NCBI GenBank assembly: GCA_002189035.1
Contig: NEEC01000020.1
Span: 1-64,000, forward strand
DNA: 64,000 bases
Direction of reading: 5' to 3'
Source: Utricularia gibba
Taxonomy: Eukaryota > Plantae > Magnoliophyta
The notes below the pieces were generated by a model. That model made no database searches, had not been told where the DNA came from, and saw only the letters and a program-made list of their open reading frames with translations. This document shows positions 26,567 through 39,233 of the stretch, one piece after another; the first letter of the stretch is position 1, and every line of letters begins with the position of its first letter. The position numbers were made by a program, and so were the translations under genes.

Positions 26567-28221
26567 ATGTTGACCTCTCCGTTGGTTCACCTTCGATGTT
26601 CATCTTTCGCCGCCCCAGTCAAATCGGGGCAAACTTGGAGAGGTGTGGGGATTACGACCCTCACCGTCTCCGCGTCGGTTGATTACCCGGCGCCATCGAA
26701 GCTTCTTTCAGTCCCCGAAGTCAAATCCAGTTACTGGAAATGGAAATTCGAGGGTAAGTCTGTGAATATATACTTCGAGAGGCTTCAGAGAGATGGGTCT
26801 GCTGACCAACAGCGTAAGAATATTCTTATGGTGCCCACCATCTCGGATGTCAGCACGGTGGAGGAATGGAGATCCGTCGCAGAAGCAATTGTTGGTAAAG
26901 ATGATGGTGGGATCAATTGGAGCACGACAATTGTGGATTGGCCGGGCTTGGGATACTCGGATCGGCCGAAACTGGAATACAACGCTGATGTGATGGAGAG
27001 GTTTCTTGTTGATTTTGTCACTTCTCCAGATAGTCCTATTGCGAGCTTTGTTGCAGGTTAGGTGGTCTTATGTTTGCCGCCTTTTCCTTCTAGCTTTCAA
27101 CTCGGACTCATTGGTTAGGCTGATCCGTTAAAGTATTGTTTCTGAAGTAAACCCATTTGATGCTTGCTTAAAAATTCCAAGACATGAAAAGAGAAATAGT
27201 TGTTGTTAGTTAAAATCGATAAATGTAGTCACCTCCAAAGCTGTACAGTCTGGATTATGGAATGCCATCCAAAAGTGGACCTGTAACCTTCTTTGCTGTT
27301 TGATTACCAGAGAAGGAATATGTAATTTTTGGTGGAGGGCACGCTGCAACCATTGCCGTCCGGGCAGCAAAAAATGCTATGTTGATTCCTAGGGCCATTG
27401 CCGCTGTTGCCCCTACCTGGTCTGGTCCTCTTCCTATTGTCTTTGGCAAAGACTCCAGTATGGAAACCAGGTACCCCCGGTATACCTTTTCAGTGTTTTT
27501 TTATGTGAGAAACATGTAACTCATGTGATGGCTTCGGATCAATCCAGTTTTCCTGATTGTTGAGATAGACTGCCACTTTTTTTTCTCTTACTTGATGGGT
27601 ATACATGAGCGTGTGTATGTATATCTCCATGCCATTTCTAGGGTTCTAACCAGTTGTAACCCTTTTCGGTGTCGGGGCTTTACGCTCTTTCCTTCCCTTT
27701 TTTTCATTTTTTGTCATTTCCAAAGGCCAACTGTTGATGTATTATTTTGATAAATTTGCAGGTATGGTCTTCTACGGGGAACCTTGAGGGCTCCTGCGCT
27801 AGGTTGGATGATGTACAACGTGCTTGTCAGCAATGAAAAGGCAATTGAATCGCAATACAAATCCCACGTTTACTCAGATCCGACTAATGTGACTCCCAGA
27901 CTCGTCGAAACCAGATATGCACTCACCAAACGCGAAGGGGCTCGGTATGTGCCAGCAGCCTTCTTGACAGGATTACTGGATCCAGTATGTTCGAGGGAGG
28001 AGTTTGTGCAACTGTTTTCAGGAATGGAAGGGAAGCTACCGCTCCTTGTGATTCAGAGCTCCAGCGCTCCGAAGAGATCAAAAGCTGAAATGGAAGCTCT
28101 CAGAGGTGCGAAAGGTGTAAGCAAGTTTGTTGAAGTTCCCGGAGCCCTTTTGCCGCATGAAGAATACCCAAATGTTGTTGCAGACCAGCTTTACAGGTTC
28201 CTGGTTGAGAACTTCCACTAG
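26567..28221 (+). CDS. Plastid alpha/beta-hydrolase, At1g74640-like, 3 exons
   Basis: ILMVPTISDVSTVEEWR, VDWPGLGYSDRP / GGGHAATIAV...APTWSGPLPIVFG / GARYVPAAFLTGLLDPV...GALLPHEEYP. Confidence 0.9.
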
Positions 28222-28490
28222 CTGAGCGGACGCATGCATCAACCACTCGTATGCTTCACAACCAGCCCATCCCTTACAGGAGGCAAAGTAGAATTCCATA
28301 GATACATAAACAGTTCATATGTTTCGACTCTCATTCCATAGTCGATCAAGTATCGACTTCACTGCCAAGTAGCAGCATAAGAAAGATTCTAATGGGGCAC
28401 AATTGGGTCGTTTTTCTGTCTGTGTGTAAGCGCGACACTAGATGGACCGGCGAGTTTGGGCCTACATAAACCATGGAGGCCCATCTAGTT

Positions 28491-28706
28491 GGTAATCCCT
28501 ACCAAATTTCGCGTCAAACCTCCAATAAATCTCGACAAAACCCACTCCAGCTGCTGATGATGCTCTGCGCAGCGAAATCCCCGTCCGTGTTAGCGTCTCC
28601 TCCGGGCTCATCACTCGCTTCCCCAGTCAAATCGGGGTTCCGCTTTCTGGAGAGCTGTTGGTTCTCACCGCTATCCGCATCTGTCGATTGTCCGGCGCCG
28701 TGGTGA
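28491..28706 (+). pseudogene. Degenerate copy of the promoter and first codons of the upstream alpha/beta-hydrolase gene
   Basis: Shares GGTAATCCC..ACCAAATTTC, CCCCAGTCAAATCGGGG and CCGGCGCC with 26371-26695. Translation SPVKSG...LSASVDCPAP* compares with APVKSG...VSASVDYPAP in the intact gene. Confidence 0.8.
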
Positions 28707-29152
28707 ATTTATTGGCAGGGCCTTTTTTGCATAAAATTTCCATTTAGATTGTAACTTGAAGGAAATAGTGGTCAGTATTCTGGTTTTTTAGTGTCTCCAA
28801 CACTTTGTTTGGCTAGTCATTCAAAATCCCGCAAATTTAGAGGATTTTCCCTGGGATATCCATTTCGCGCTGTTGGAATTTCCGTTTCCCTTGTCCTCTT
28901 TGACTTCGGGCCTTCTTTTTTATTTGTCTGATGAGTTCATGAAGTCAGAGCTTCGTCTGAGAGATTCATTCATCGTTCATCTCAGGATATATAATTAGGG
29001 TTTTTGGCTATGGTGCATAGATGGATATTATAGCTAGTCTAATGTAGGGGTCCGAGGAACAGACACAGCGTATGATGTGGAGTATCGCCTGCGTAGTTTT
29101 GATAAGTATTTAGGCGTCTTCTTGACAGCTTAGCTCCTTTTCTGTTTTAGCC

Positions 29153-31940
29153 ATGGCAGCTATAGGTCGTTACTTTGTGGAGTGGAAAGAACAATATGTG
29201 TCCAAAGAGAGGGGTTGCCGTGTCGTTCACTATTTCCTGAAAGACAATTCAGGGGATTTAGTTCTTGCAGTTTTGGGAACTGAGAAGAGTGTCCGACACA
29301 TGTTTTACGTTGTATCTGATGAGTTTTTGAGCGTCCTTGGAGCAGATAACTCCAGTCATTCTAGCTTCAGGTGGAGATCAAGGAGAGAGGTTGTCAATTG
29401 GCTGACTTCCATGTTGTCCATACGACACCGGAGACAGGACCATGCTTGTATGTCTTCTCCTCCCTATAAATTGCAAACACTGTTTTTTTCAATGATTTTT
29501 CCTAGTCTGATGATCTTGTCCTTGGTGTGGAAGTTTCCATAATTGAACCAATTTGTTGGTAGAATGGTAGAATCTGTTACGCCATCTGCAGAATACTAAC
29601 TGTCTATTTGTGTCAACCAAGCACATTCTTGATAAATCAAATGCTATTATCCTCTTGAATAACCTGTAGATCATGTCTAAAGGGACATTTCATAACTTTA
29701 GATCTTGGTTGATCACTCCGAATTGTTGTTGCAGTGTTCCCTGAAGATTGCTTAGTTTCAGAAGCGAATGCACAATTGCTGCATATGCCGCCTTACAAGG
29801 TGAATCTTCCTTCTCTCTTATTCAGGGACTTTTGTAGCTTGAATTACGTGGTTGGCATATCATGCTAGCTGCATTCATCAGGGGTGCCTGGAAAAGAAAT
29901 TGAAAAGCCATCAATTGGATATTGCTTGGTCAGGGTCGCCATGGGCTTGTGGTAAACAACTGAAGCATTATCCTTCCTTCCGTAGAAATGGTATTTCCAT
30001 TCCGGTAAGCATTCATCAATGTAGCCCATTCCTTGACTTGGTTCAATATTATTCCTCAATTTTAATGCCTTTGTCAGATCAATGGAAAATCCATGAAAAC
30101 AGTCTAAAGGGCAGCATAAGTATTTCCTTGAGTCAATGAGATATGACTGTTGTTAATTTTTTACGTCTGACCATGTTAGGCTCTCACTCTTTAAGGAGTA
30201 ACTTTCCACATTCAAAATATTCAAGGGAACTTCAGTTGTTTCTGTCTTTAGGATTCTGATTCCACTTCATGTTGCTATTCAGGTACACTCTTTTGTCTTT
30301 GTAATGGCCGAAAAAGAAAATCATTACATTGCATACCTGGAAGATATGTATGAGGATAGAAAGTTCCAGAAAAAGGTCAAAGTGAGATGGTTTCATAACA
30401 ATAAGGAAGTCGAAGGGGTTGTCTCCTTACGGAATCCTCATCCAAGAGAAGTATTCATCACCTCGTACATACAGGTTATCAGTGTGGAATGCATAGATGG
30501 TCCTGCCATCGTATTGACTCGTGAACATTACGAGAAATGCCATTCATTTTTACCCCAGAATTTGTCAAGTGGAGTTCACTTTTGCTCCAGGCAGTTCAAG
30601 AGTAACAGATTAAAGCCTTTCAAGTTAAGTAGATTGCACGGGTACTTTAGTCAGCCAATTTTCTACTGCTTCAGTACTGGTTTTTCGTTTGAAGAAGAGC
30701 TTAGCTCCGATGAGGATATAAAGGTGGGGGCAAAAAGGAACAGAAAATCTTGGGAACATCACAAACTGGCGTTCAGTTCGCCACATAAGCGACTCAACAG
30801 ATTAAATGAGAAGGCAGATTTCCTTATGAATGAAGAAATTCATCTTCAGTGGGCGCCACGTTTTGCAGTCAATGACAAAGTGGAGTTTCTTTGTCAAGAC
30901 AGTGGTATGCGTGGCTGTTGGTTCAGATGCACTGTACTGGAAGTCGCTGGTAGTAAGTTGAGAATACAATATGATGACATAAAAGATGAAGAGAACGGCA
31001 ATCACGTTAAGGTAGTTGTCCTTTTTTTTTTTATGGTCATCAATGATTTCACGGGAGGTGCAAGTATTTCAAAAAGCTATGTTCGTGCCTTCAACTGTAG
31101 GAGTGGGTTCACTCGTGTAGAGTGGCCAAGGCTGATAAGCTGAAGATGAGGCGTGTTGGCCGGCCAGCCATCCGGCCCTCTTATCCATGTAAAGAGGAAA
31201 TCCCGCCTTAGAGGTAGGTGTTCCTGTGGATGGTTGGTGGTGCGAGGGCTGGTGGGAAGGCATCATCGCTAGTAGAAGTGATGCTGAGAATGGCTTTTAT
31301 AGAATTTACATCCCAGGTGTGCTCACTACTCTTCTCACTTGTCGCAAACATGCATTAATCCTTTGGGGTACAAAAATCCTGTGATCTCGGATGTCTGGAG
31401 CCTTTTTGATCATGGGCTTGCTTACTTGTTTCTTATGTGTATACCTTTCTCCTCAGGTGAAAATTTGTATATAAATGTTGAGCCAGAGAATATTCGAGTT
31501 TCCAGAGATTGGGTGGGTGAACAATGGGTGGATGTTGAGCCGAACCCAGATTTTATGTCTCTAGTATCCAAAAGAAGTGCCGATACGAAGCCCTCAAACT
31601 TGACGTCTGTTTCCAAGACGGACTCTGATATCCCAAGCTGCCCACTTCAATTTGTCATGTCGATGATACTCTCAAACAGGATGCGGTTGGAGAGGGACTT
31701 CAGGAGTTGGCAGGCATGGCACTGACCAATGTCCCCTTGCGAGAGGTATGCATTGACAATGAGCATACACCTGGCCTTTCCGATCAAGGAGAAGACCAGC
31801 ATGCGCAGTTTAAAACAATCAATATCCGGCCCGAGGACAATCCAACCCCTAGGTACACCTTGAAGGAAAATGAACCTTGTGTTCAAGATGACGATGAGAA
31901 CAACTTGGTGGATTGCGAGATCTCTGAGCTGATATGTTGA
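29153..31940 (+). CDS. BAH plus Agenet (Tudor-like) domain chromatin protein, At5g55600-like
   Basis: FVEWKEQYVSKERGCRVVHYFL, BAH segment YIAYLEDMYED...VRWFH, Agenet segments VEFLCQDSGMRGCWFRC and VDGWWCEGWWEG. One-base frameshifts in A runs at about 31199 and 31636. Confidence 0.88.
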
Positions 31941-32109
31941 CTGACCTCGATAGAAATGAGCTTTGTTGTCTTATTGAGGATGCAGCAATTTCATCTCACT
32001 AAAATAGTGGGAAACGGTAAAGTTCTGGCTGCGTATTGCATGTGTTATTTTGTTATTTGAATTGTCGTAGATGCTTTGTGGTAGAAAGACACGAGTTTCT
32101 TCCCACTCA

Positions 32110-32600
32110 TAGGGTCGTGCACATGGGCCGAGGCCTAACCGGACCTGGCGTATGGTGGATTCGGTCCAGGTGCACCGAATGGGGTCAGGCCCCGATATAC
32201 CGGGCCCAGACGCACCGGGTGCACGATGGACCATGTACACCGCCTACATCGGGTCCGGGTCCACCGTGCACCCACATGGGGCCCACCATAAACTCCCTGC
32301 ACCGGGTCCATCGTGCACCGGATGCATTAAGACCCCGTGCCCGCATGTGGTCCACCGGGTTCACTGTGCACGCTGTGAACCCGGTGCATGGGGGAACTTG
32401 CACCGGACGCATTGCCACCGTGCACCCGCATGTGGGTTGTGCGGGTGCATGGGGAACACCGTACGCCCGGTGAAGTCCACCTTGGCCCCATGTACCCCTG
32501 GCGCATTCGGTGTGCCTGGACCAACTCCACCATACACACTGGTGCACCTGGGCCTTGCGTAGCTGGGCCCGATGCACTGGGCCCAGTGCGTTTGAACCTA
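32110..32600. mobile_element. GC-rich nested foldback element, probable non-autonomous DNA transposon (MITE/hAT-like)
   Basis: Inverted arms 32150-32181 and 32504-32535 match at 28 of 32 bases. Perfect 15-bp inverted repeat 32218-32232 / 32305-32319. Many GTGCAC/GGGCCC palindromes. Imperfect terminal repeats TAGGGTCGTGCACATGGGCC versus reverse-complement TAGGTTCAAACGCACTGGGCC. No target-site duplication found. Confidence 0.55.
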
Positions 32601-32967
32601 GTGAGACTGTACCAGGTGCGTGGACGAAGAATTTTTTTTTCTCCTCGGAAAAAGGGGAAACTAGGAAAAGTGCATCGGTTGCAATTACTCAAAATTTTTT
32701 TCCACATCTTTACATGTCTAGATCCTAACTAGTTTCCACGTGGAAGGAAAGCTACAGCAGAACATTCCAGTGCATGAAAAAAAAATAGTTTGCAGGTGGA
32801 AGGAAATTATCACCAACTGACCGCTGCAATGATGCAGAAGCATTATGATCACAATACTGTTCTCAAATTCTATTCGAATAACTCAAAAAGAAGCCAAAAG
32901 CCGATAGCTAATACAAAGAACATGCATAGTCAGGTGGCACCTCTAGAGTTCCGGTCACCTGGCAAAA

Positions 32968-34171
32968 TCAAGCAGCCACGGTTTGCTTCTGGACAAAAGC
33001 TATTCCCTTGTCGATACTGGCCTTGAGCTCAGGCTTAAGAGCCTCAAGTGCCTTCTGCTCATATGCCGTCAATCCATCCAGCTCTGATGAAATCACAGTC
33101 TCGATACCCTTTCTCCCAAGCTTAACCCTCGAAGCAAAAAATGGAAGATCCGATAAACTGGACTGAACATAGGAGCACTCGTACACATCAGTGTCACCAT
33201 CAATAGCGCGGAGAGATGACTCCACGAATCGAGCTGCAGCATAGGCCATTGAAAGTGTGGCAGATCCTGCTCCTGCTTTGGCATCAACCACCTCAGTTCC
33301 AGCATTCTGAATCCTGGCAGTCAGTTCCTGCACTTCTTCTTCAGTAAAACTAACAGAGGGTTTTGCCTTTGACAACAATGGCAAAATAGTAATTCCTGCA
33401 TGCCCTCCAACCACCGGGACATCCACATCAATGAGCTTAAGGTTCTTCTTCTGAGCAACAAATGTATTTGCTCTGACAACGTCCAGAGTTGTGACACCAA
33501 AAAGTTTATTTGGATCATACACACCCTTCTGTTTTAAAACCTCAGCAGCAATTGGCACGGTTGAATTCACTGGATTACTGATAATGTGAATGAATGCATC
33601 GGGGCAATTATCGGCAATGGCCTCCACCAATGATTTAACTATGCTGGCATTAATATTAAAGAGGTCATCACGAGTCATGCCAGGCTTCCTAGGTACTCCC
33701 GCAGGTATGACAACAACATCTGCATCTCTCAAGCTATTGTACAACTCCGATTCTCCAGTAAAATCCGCAACCACGGAAGGAGTGTTGCAGTGACTGAGGT
33801 CAGCAGCAACTCCTTCACATTCGCTACATCATAGAGATTCAACGAAGAAACAAGTGGCGACATCTTCACCAGAAGGGCTAATGGCTGACCTATACCACCA
33901 GCAGCTCCAAGAATAGCTACTTTGTATGACGCACAAATCTGAAAAGAACTAGAAGATCGTTGTTTATCTTTTCTGTGGGGAGCACGCTCAGGTCCGAAGG
34001 CCATCTCACCACCAAGAAACGAAGAATGTCCTGCCCGTAGGCCACTGAAACCCTACAATAACCATTCAGGTTCGATTTGACACAAAGGGGCCGTGTCTGA
34101 ATAGGTCCAGATTTGGAGCAGGTGCCAAGGGCCGATCCAATCAGCAAAGTGGATGCCGATGTTGCAGCCAT
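32968..34171 (-). CDS. pdNAD-MDH: Plastid NAD-dependent malate dehydrogenase, intronless CDS with 5'UTR intron
   Basis: [62 protein letters not shown]. Two one-base frameshifts in G runs at about 34052 and 33812. Confidence 0.94.
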
Positions 34172-35215
34172 TAGATAAGGACAAGAAGATCCCACCTAAA
34201 TACAATCGGGAAAATAGATGTAACACAGACATGCAAAATTGAACATGCGTAAAGAATCCCGAAAGCAGATTTTAGTTCTTCGGCAAAAGGTTTTTCAATG
34301 GATATCTCCGCCGACACACGACAGGGGAAAATCGAATCGATTAACAGTTACGCAAACATTTCCTTACAGATTGAATCAGCAACAGACAACTCGGGGGGAA
34401 ACAACTGCTGAAACGGGAAGTACAGAGCAAGATTGGAATAAATAGAAGGATCACCGCATTCTCATCAACGGACGAAGCAAGAAACTGACGGGAATGGAGA
34501 AGGAACGAGAGAGTAGGAAATGCGTACCTTGGGCGATAAACTCTAAGAAAAGGGTCTCGCACCCACAGCCCGGAGCCTGAAGCTGATAAAAGGGCGTGTG
34601 TGTTTTTGCCCTAATTTTCTCCGCCCACAAGCTTTGGCGAAAAGAAAAAGCCCACCAGCCACCACAGTCAGTCCTCTTGCTTCTTCTTGGGGAATAAAAA
34701 ATGAGGGATCCATAGGCTGCCAAGAGAGGGAGGCACCCGCGCCACGTGTCATCTTACGCTCAGTGGCTTGTGAATATATGGACACCTGATGATGATCTCA
34801 TCCCCAGCCCCGACCCCAACAACAAAAGGGTCAGAGATCTCGGCGGCGTTCCTTCACTCGTATCACCTGAAGAGACTGGACGACATTGCTTTTCCTCACT
34901 CCGCACCTCGGATCCCCCATGTCGCTCGTTTGGGAAGATTCAGTTGTTCATGACGTGCATCCACACTCACGTTTTTTGAGGCGAATACCACCCAGCTGAT
35001 CATGCTGATCAGCTCATACCCAGTGCGTTCATCACAAAAATGGATTTGCTGCTTTCTGGTACAAGTGTTCACGGGTGTATCATTGTTACCCCGGCGGTTC
35101 TTTGGTGATTGGTGCCTGCAATATTTCCATCCTCAAATGGGGTGCACCCAGGTGCGAAGAGATCACTAAAGAGGGCAACTTTTCCACCAAGTACGTCAAG
35201 AAAAAAACCATCCGT

Positions 35216-37185
35216 TTACCAGTAGTCGTTACAGGAGCAAGCTCCATCCTGAAAATGATGGTAGCGTATAGGATCCCTGATTACGATTGTTCGATTTTCC
35301 AACTTTGCTATCAATTTAGCAAAAACATGACAGTCGCCACATATCCTCAGATTTTTCCTAATTCTTATTGTCTTCTCCTTGGGCATGCTCATCAGACCAT
35401 AAACAATAGCCAGTTTCTCGCTGTGGTGTTCAAGTGAGCTCTCCATTTGTTCTCCTTCAAGATCTTGCAACACAAAATTGGTGTCTGGCACATACCCTAC
35501 TTCACGTAGTCTCCAGATCATTCGACTCAACTCACTGTAAATGGCATCCATATCTGGGTGGGATCTGTCACCTAAAATGAAAGCATGAACCTCTTTATTC
35601 ATTTCTATCCAACTACATCCAGGTTCTTTTTTAATTCCATCAATCTTCATGGACCTTCTCAAAATTTCAGCATCTCCCCATCTCTGAGTGTTGGCATACA
35701 TATTTGATAGCAAGATATAAGTTCCAGCATCATGTGGATCCAGGCTCAAAACCTTTTTAGCAGCATACTCCGCAAGATCCATGTTACGATAGATGCGGCA
35801 TGCACCGAGCAATGTTCTCCATGTCACAGCATCCGGTTCACATTTCATTTCATGAATTAGCTTAATCGCTTCTTCAAGCTTCCCTGCTCTACCAAAAAGA
35901 TCAACCATGCACCCGTAATGCTCCCTTCCAGGATCAATTCCAAAAAGACACTTCATTGATTCAAAGTAACGTTGTCCGTCTTCCACCAGTCCAGCATGGC
36001 TGCAGGCAAACAGAACACCCAGAAATGTGATATAATTAGGCTTGGCCCTGAAGATTTCATTGAATCAAATAATTCTAGAGCTTGACGGCTGTAACCATTT
36101 TGGGCAAAGCCTATTATCATTGTACTCCAGGATATTACATCTTTCAGGACCATTCTCAGGAAGACAGCATAGGCATCTTTCAAGCTACCAGACTTACAAT
36201 ACATGTCAACAAGCGCATTGTTCAAGGCCAAGTCCTTATTGAATTTGATGACATGCACATGGACTTGTCTTCCAAGCTCTAACAATGCTAAACTAGTGCA
36301 AGCTCGTAAAACACTAGTCAAAGTTGAATTATCAGCCCAAAAACCGGATCTCTTCATTCTTATATACAAATTCACCGACTCATCCCCATCATTGTTCTGA
36401 GCGAAGGCACCAATTAGTGAATTCCAAATAACCGGGTCTGAAGTAATCATTTCATCAAATATGCGAAGTGAGTCTTGAAGTTCTCCAAATTTAGCAGAGT
36501 TATCAATTAGAGCACTTCGTACAAAAACATCCAACTCCAAACCAACCTTGATTATCAAACTGTGAAGTTGACTAAGGTCAGAATAACACTCACAAGCTCT
36601 CAAAACAGAAGAATATGTATACATATTGGGCTGCACACCATCTCTAAGCATCATGATCAACATATTTAATGACCTAGAATTACTTCCACAGTTGGCATAT
36701 GCAGCGATCAATGTTGTCCAGGAAACAACATTCCTTTCATTCATTTGATCAAATAAGGTTTGTGCGTCATCCAATAAATTAAATTTCACATACATGTTCA
36801 AGAGGGAGTTTATGAGAAAAGTTTTGGGTTCATAGCTTCCGGAGAAAACATGAAAATGGACTCTTTTTCCATGTTCTACAGCACCATGAGATATACAACA
36901 CTTAATCAGCTCTGCATAGGTGACTGAATCAGCCCATAAATTATGTTTTTGCATTGAGTCCAGGACCAGCATTGCCCTGGGAAGATTCCTCTGATAGCAT
37001 TGTGCTCTGAATTCATTTACTACATCTAAGAGAGCGCAAGATGATTCAACGGTTACCGTCCCCGGCAGGGTTACTAACCCCGAGTAGAATGAGAGACGCC
37101 GAAGAGAAACTCTGGATACAGAAGTACTTAAATTTGCCAGATAGATGATCTTATAGCACTTTTGGTCTGATAGGCATCTCATCAT
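35216..37185 (-). CDS. REME1: PLS-class PPR protein with E-DYW deaminase domain, mitochondrial editing factor, At2g03880-like
   Basis: CYQRNLPRAM...LWADSVTYAELIKCC, PLS repeats, KKEPGCSWIE, HHSEKLA, KNLRICGDCH, C-terminal DYW. One-base frameshift at about 36042 (GPKPNYIT). Orthology is from recalled similarity. Confidence 0.9.
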
Positions 37186-38105
37186 GAAGAATCACAACAA
37201 GACACTGCAGCTCCGACATTTATAACAGAATAACTCCACACCCATTAGACAAGAGAAAAATGTAGTCAATCTTCGGGAACATCATTTTGATAGGCACGGG
37301 AACATAAGGTTTAGACAAAGAGTTGTCAAATTAACATGGAAGCCGAATGAAAATTGAAATATCCATCGTCTAATTCCACCATTAAACCCCACAGAACTGC
37401 ATCCAAATTCCAAATTGAACGGTACGGGGATGAAGGCGAACTAAGCAACGCGAAAACACTTGAAGGAAAGAAGCTTCAGAAAAAAAATCATCACAGGAAA
37501 TACAAGGTTGGCTTACGAGGTAACTCGAGGAACCGAATATCTGTTGAGCCGTCATGGGGAGTGGTTGCCAACTCCCTTCCGGATAGACAGAAAGAATGCC
37601 CTAATCCCGAGCTACTAGAAGCTGACGGGGTTCAATGGGAAAATGGGACTCGATTCTTGGACAAGTGATTGTTTGCTTTGCCCTCAATTCAATTTAAACC
37701 AGTATAATCCTTTATTTATGTCATTTTTTACAGAAATACCTCTACCCCCAGTAGCAACATCATTATGAAACAAACTGGGTTAGACTCCCCACCGCACCTA
37801 TGTTGCACAGGCACTTGGCAAGATGAATCCTCATAAGCAGAACCACAGAGTCTGAGATAGCTCAAAAAGGTACCCTCCCTGGTCGTTTGCATACGGATAC
37901 AGGCGTACGCTAGTAGGTATATTATTATATTGTAAGCCAATATTGAGGGAGCTCTGCTACAATTCCCAATCTTGCATTGATGCCAAATGAAAAAAAATTG
38001 AGCAACAACACTACAAGGGAGATAGATGCCAACGTTTTCACTTCACAATGGACTACAATATGTACATACTTATACGAGAAGAAGTGGGAATTTGCACCTT
38101 CTTCT

Positions 38106-39233
38106 CTAGTTCCCTGCCATCACAAAGTCATTGCTTTCTTTCAACCCAGTGGCATTGCTTTGTCTGTGGACATCTGCCTCTGAATATGTATGTTGTGTGT
38201 GAACCAATACAGCTTCCTTCTCTTCCTCTGCTGCGGATGGTAAAGATACATTTCTGGATATCAGACCCAGTGAAGCCAGCGCAAGAATCTCGGACTCATT
38301 TAATCCCCTGGTGGGGGCGATACTACATCGGTCGGTTCCATGTTTCGCAAGCGCATCCTTAAATTTCTTGATCTACAGGAGAAATAAGAGTGAGAGCTAT
38401 GCTTTGTATGAAAAAACACCCCTCCCCGCAAACAAAACAAAAAAAAAAGAGAGAGAAAAGAAAATGTGTTCTTCTTACTGTAGCATTGGTGCAGCTGAAA
38501 CTGCAAACTCGGCCCTCTGCACCTCTGTAGAATCTAAAGAAGGGTAAGACATGGACGTGGAGCGCATGGCACATTTTCCTATGTTCTTCGTAGTTAACCT
38601 TGAGAAAAAGGGCATTTGCGTTCAATTCGGCCAACTGGCATATCTGTTAACAAAAGGATAATGATCAGAGACGCAGAGAGTCTTTGATTGCAGCTTCTCT
38701 GAAACAAAAAAAAAAAAAAACCAAACTCCAATCCAAGAGAAATAATGAAAAATGCTTCACCTTTGGATGCAGAGCCTTGCAGCCTCCACAGCCCGGTGAG
38801 TAAAAGTCGATAATTACCAACTTATCACCAGCATTTAACAAAGAATCGATCAATTCTTGAGCCGAAGATATATCAATCATATTTGGTTGAGGGGACTTCT
38901 CCCACCACCTCAAAGATTTGCCGAATGTAATCGATGCCTGAGCCTGATGGCAGAAAGACTTATCAAAAAATGGCCACACACAGAATATAAATCGATCTAA
39001 CAAGGAAGCAAACCCACATGAACAGGCTCCAAATTCGGTGCCCGGATGCTGAAATTGGAGGCCCCTCTCGGATCTAATGACGACGAATCATAAGTTTTTC
39101 CCCATGAACTTTTTGAATCGGAGTCCGTAAATTGAAGAGTCCCAACCGAGGAACAAGGAGCAACAGAGCTTCTAAGCCTACTGTTGATGAAGGCATCTGG
39201 GAGAGAAAATCCAGGTTTCAAAGAAGAAGACAT
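38106..39233 (-). CDS. ACHT: Atypical Cys-His-rich (Lilium-type) plastid thioredoxin, 4 exons
   Basis: RWWEKS.QPNM, DFYSPGCGGCKALHPK (CGGC active site), VNYEEH..MC..LHVHVLPFFRFYRGAEGRVCSFSCTNAT / IKKFKDALAKH. Confidence 0.92.

Noticed and set aside
32036-32732. Stack of overlapping 110-145-aa ORFs on both strands
   Set aside because: A by-product of the stop-poor, GC-rich palindromic repeat; no protein family resemblance.
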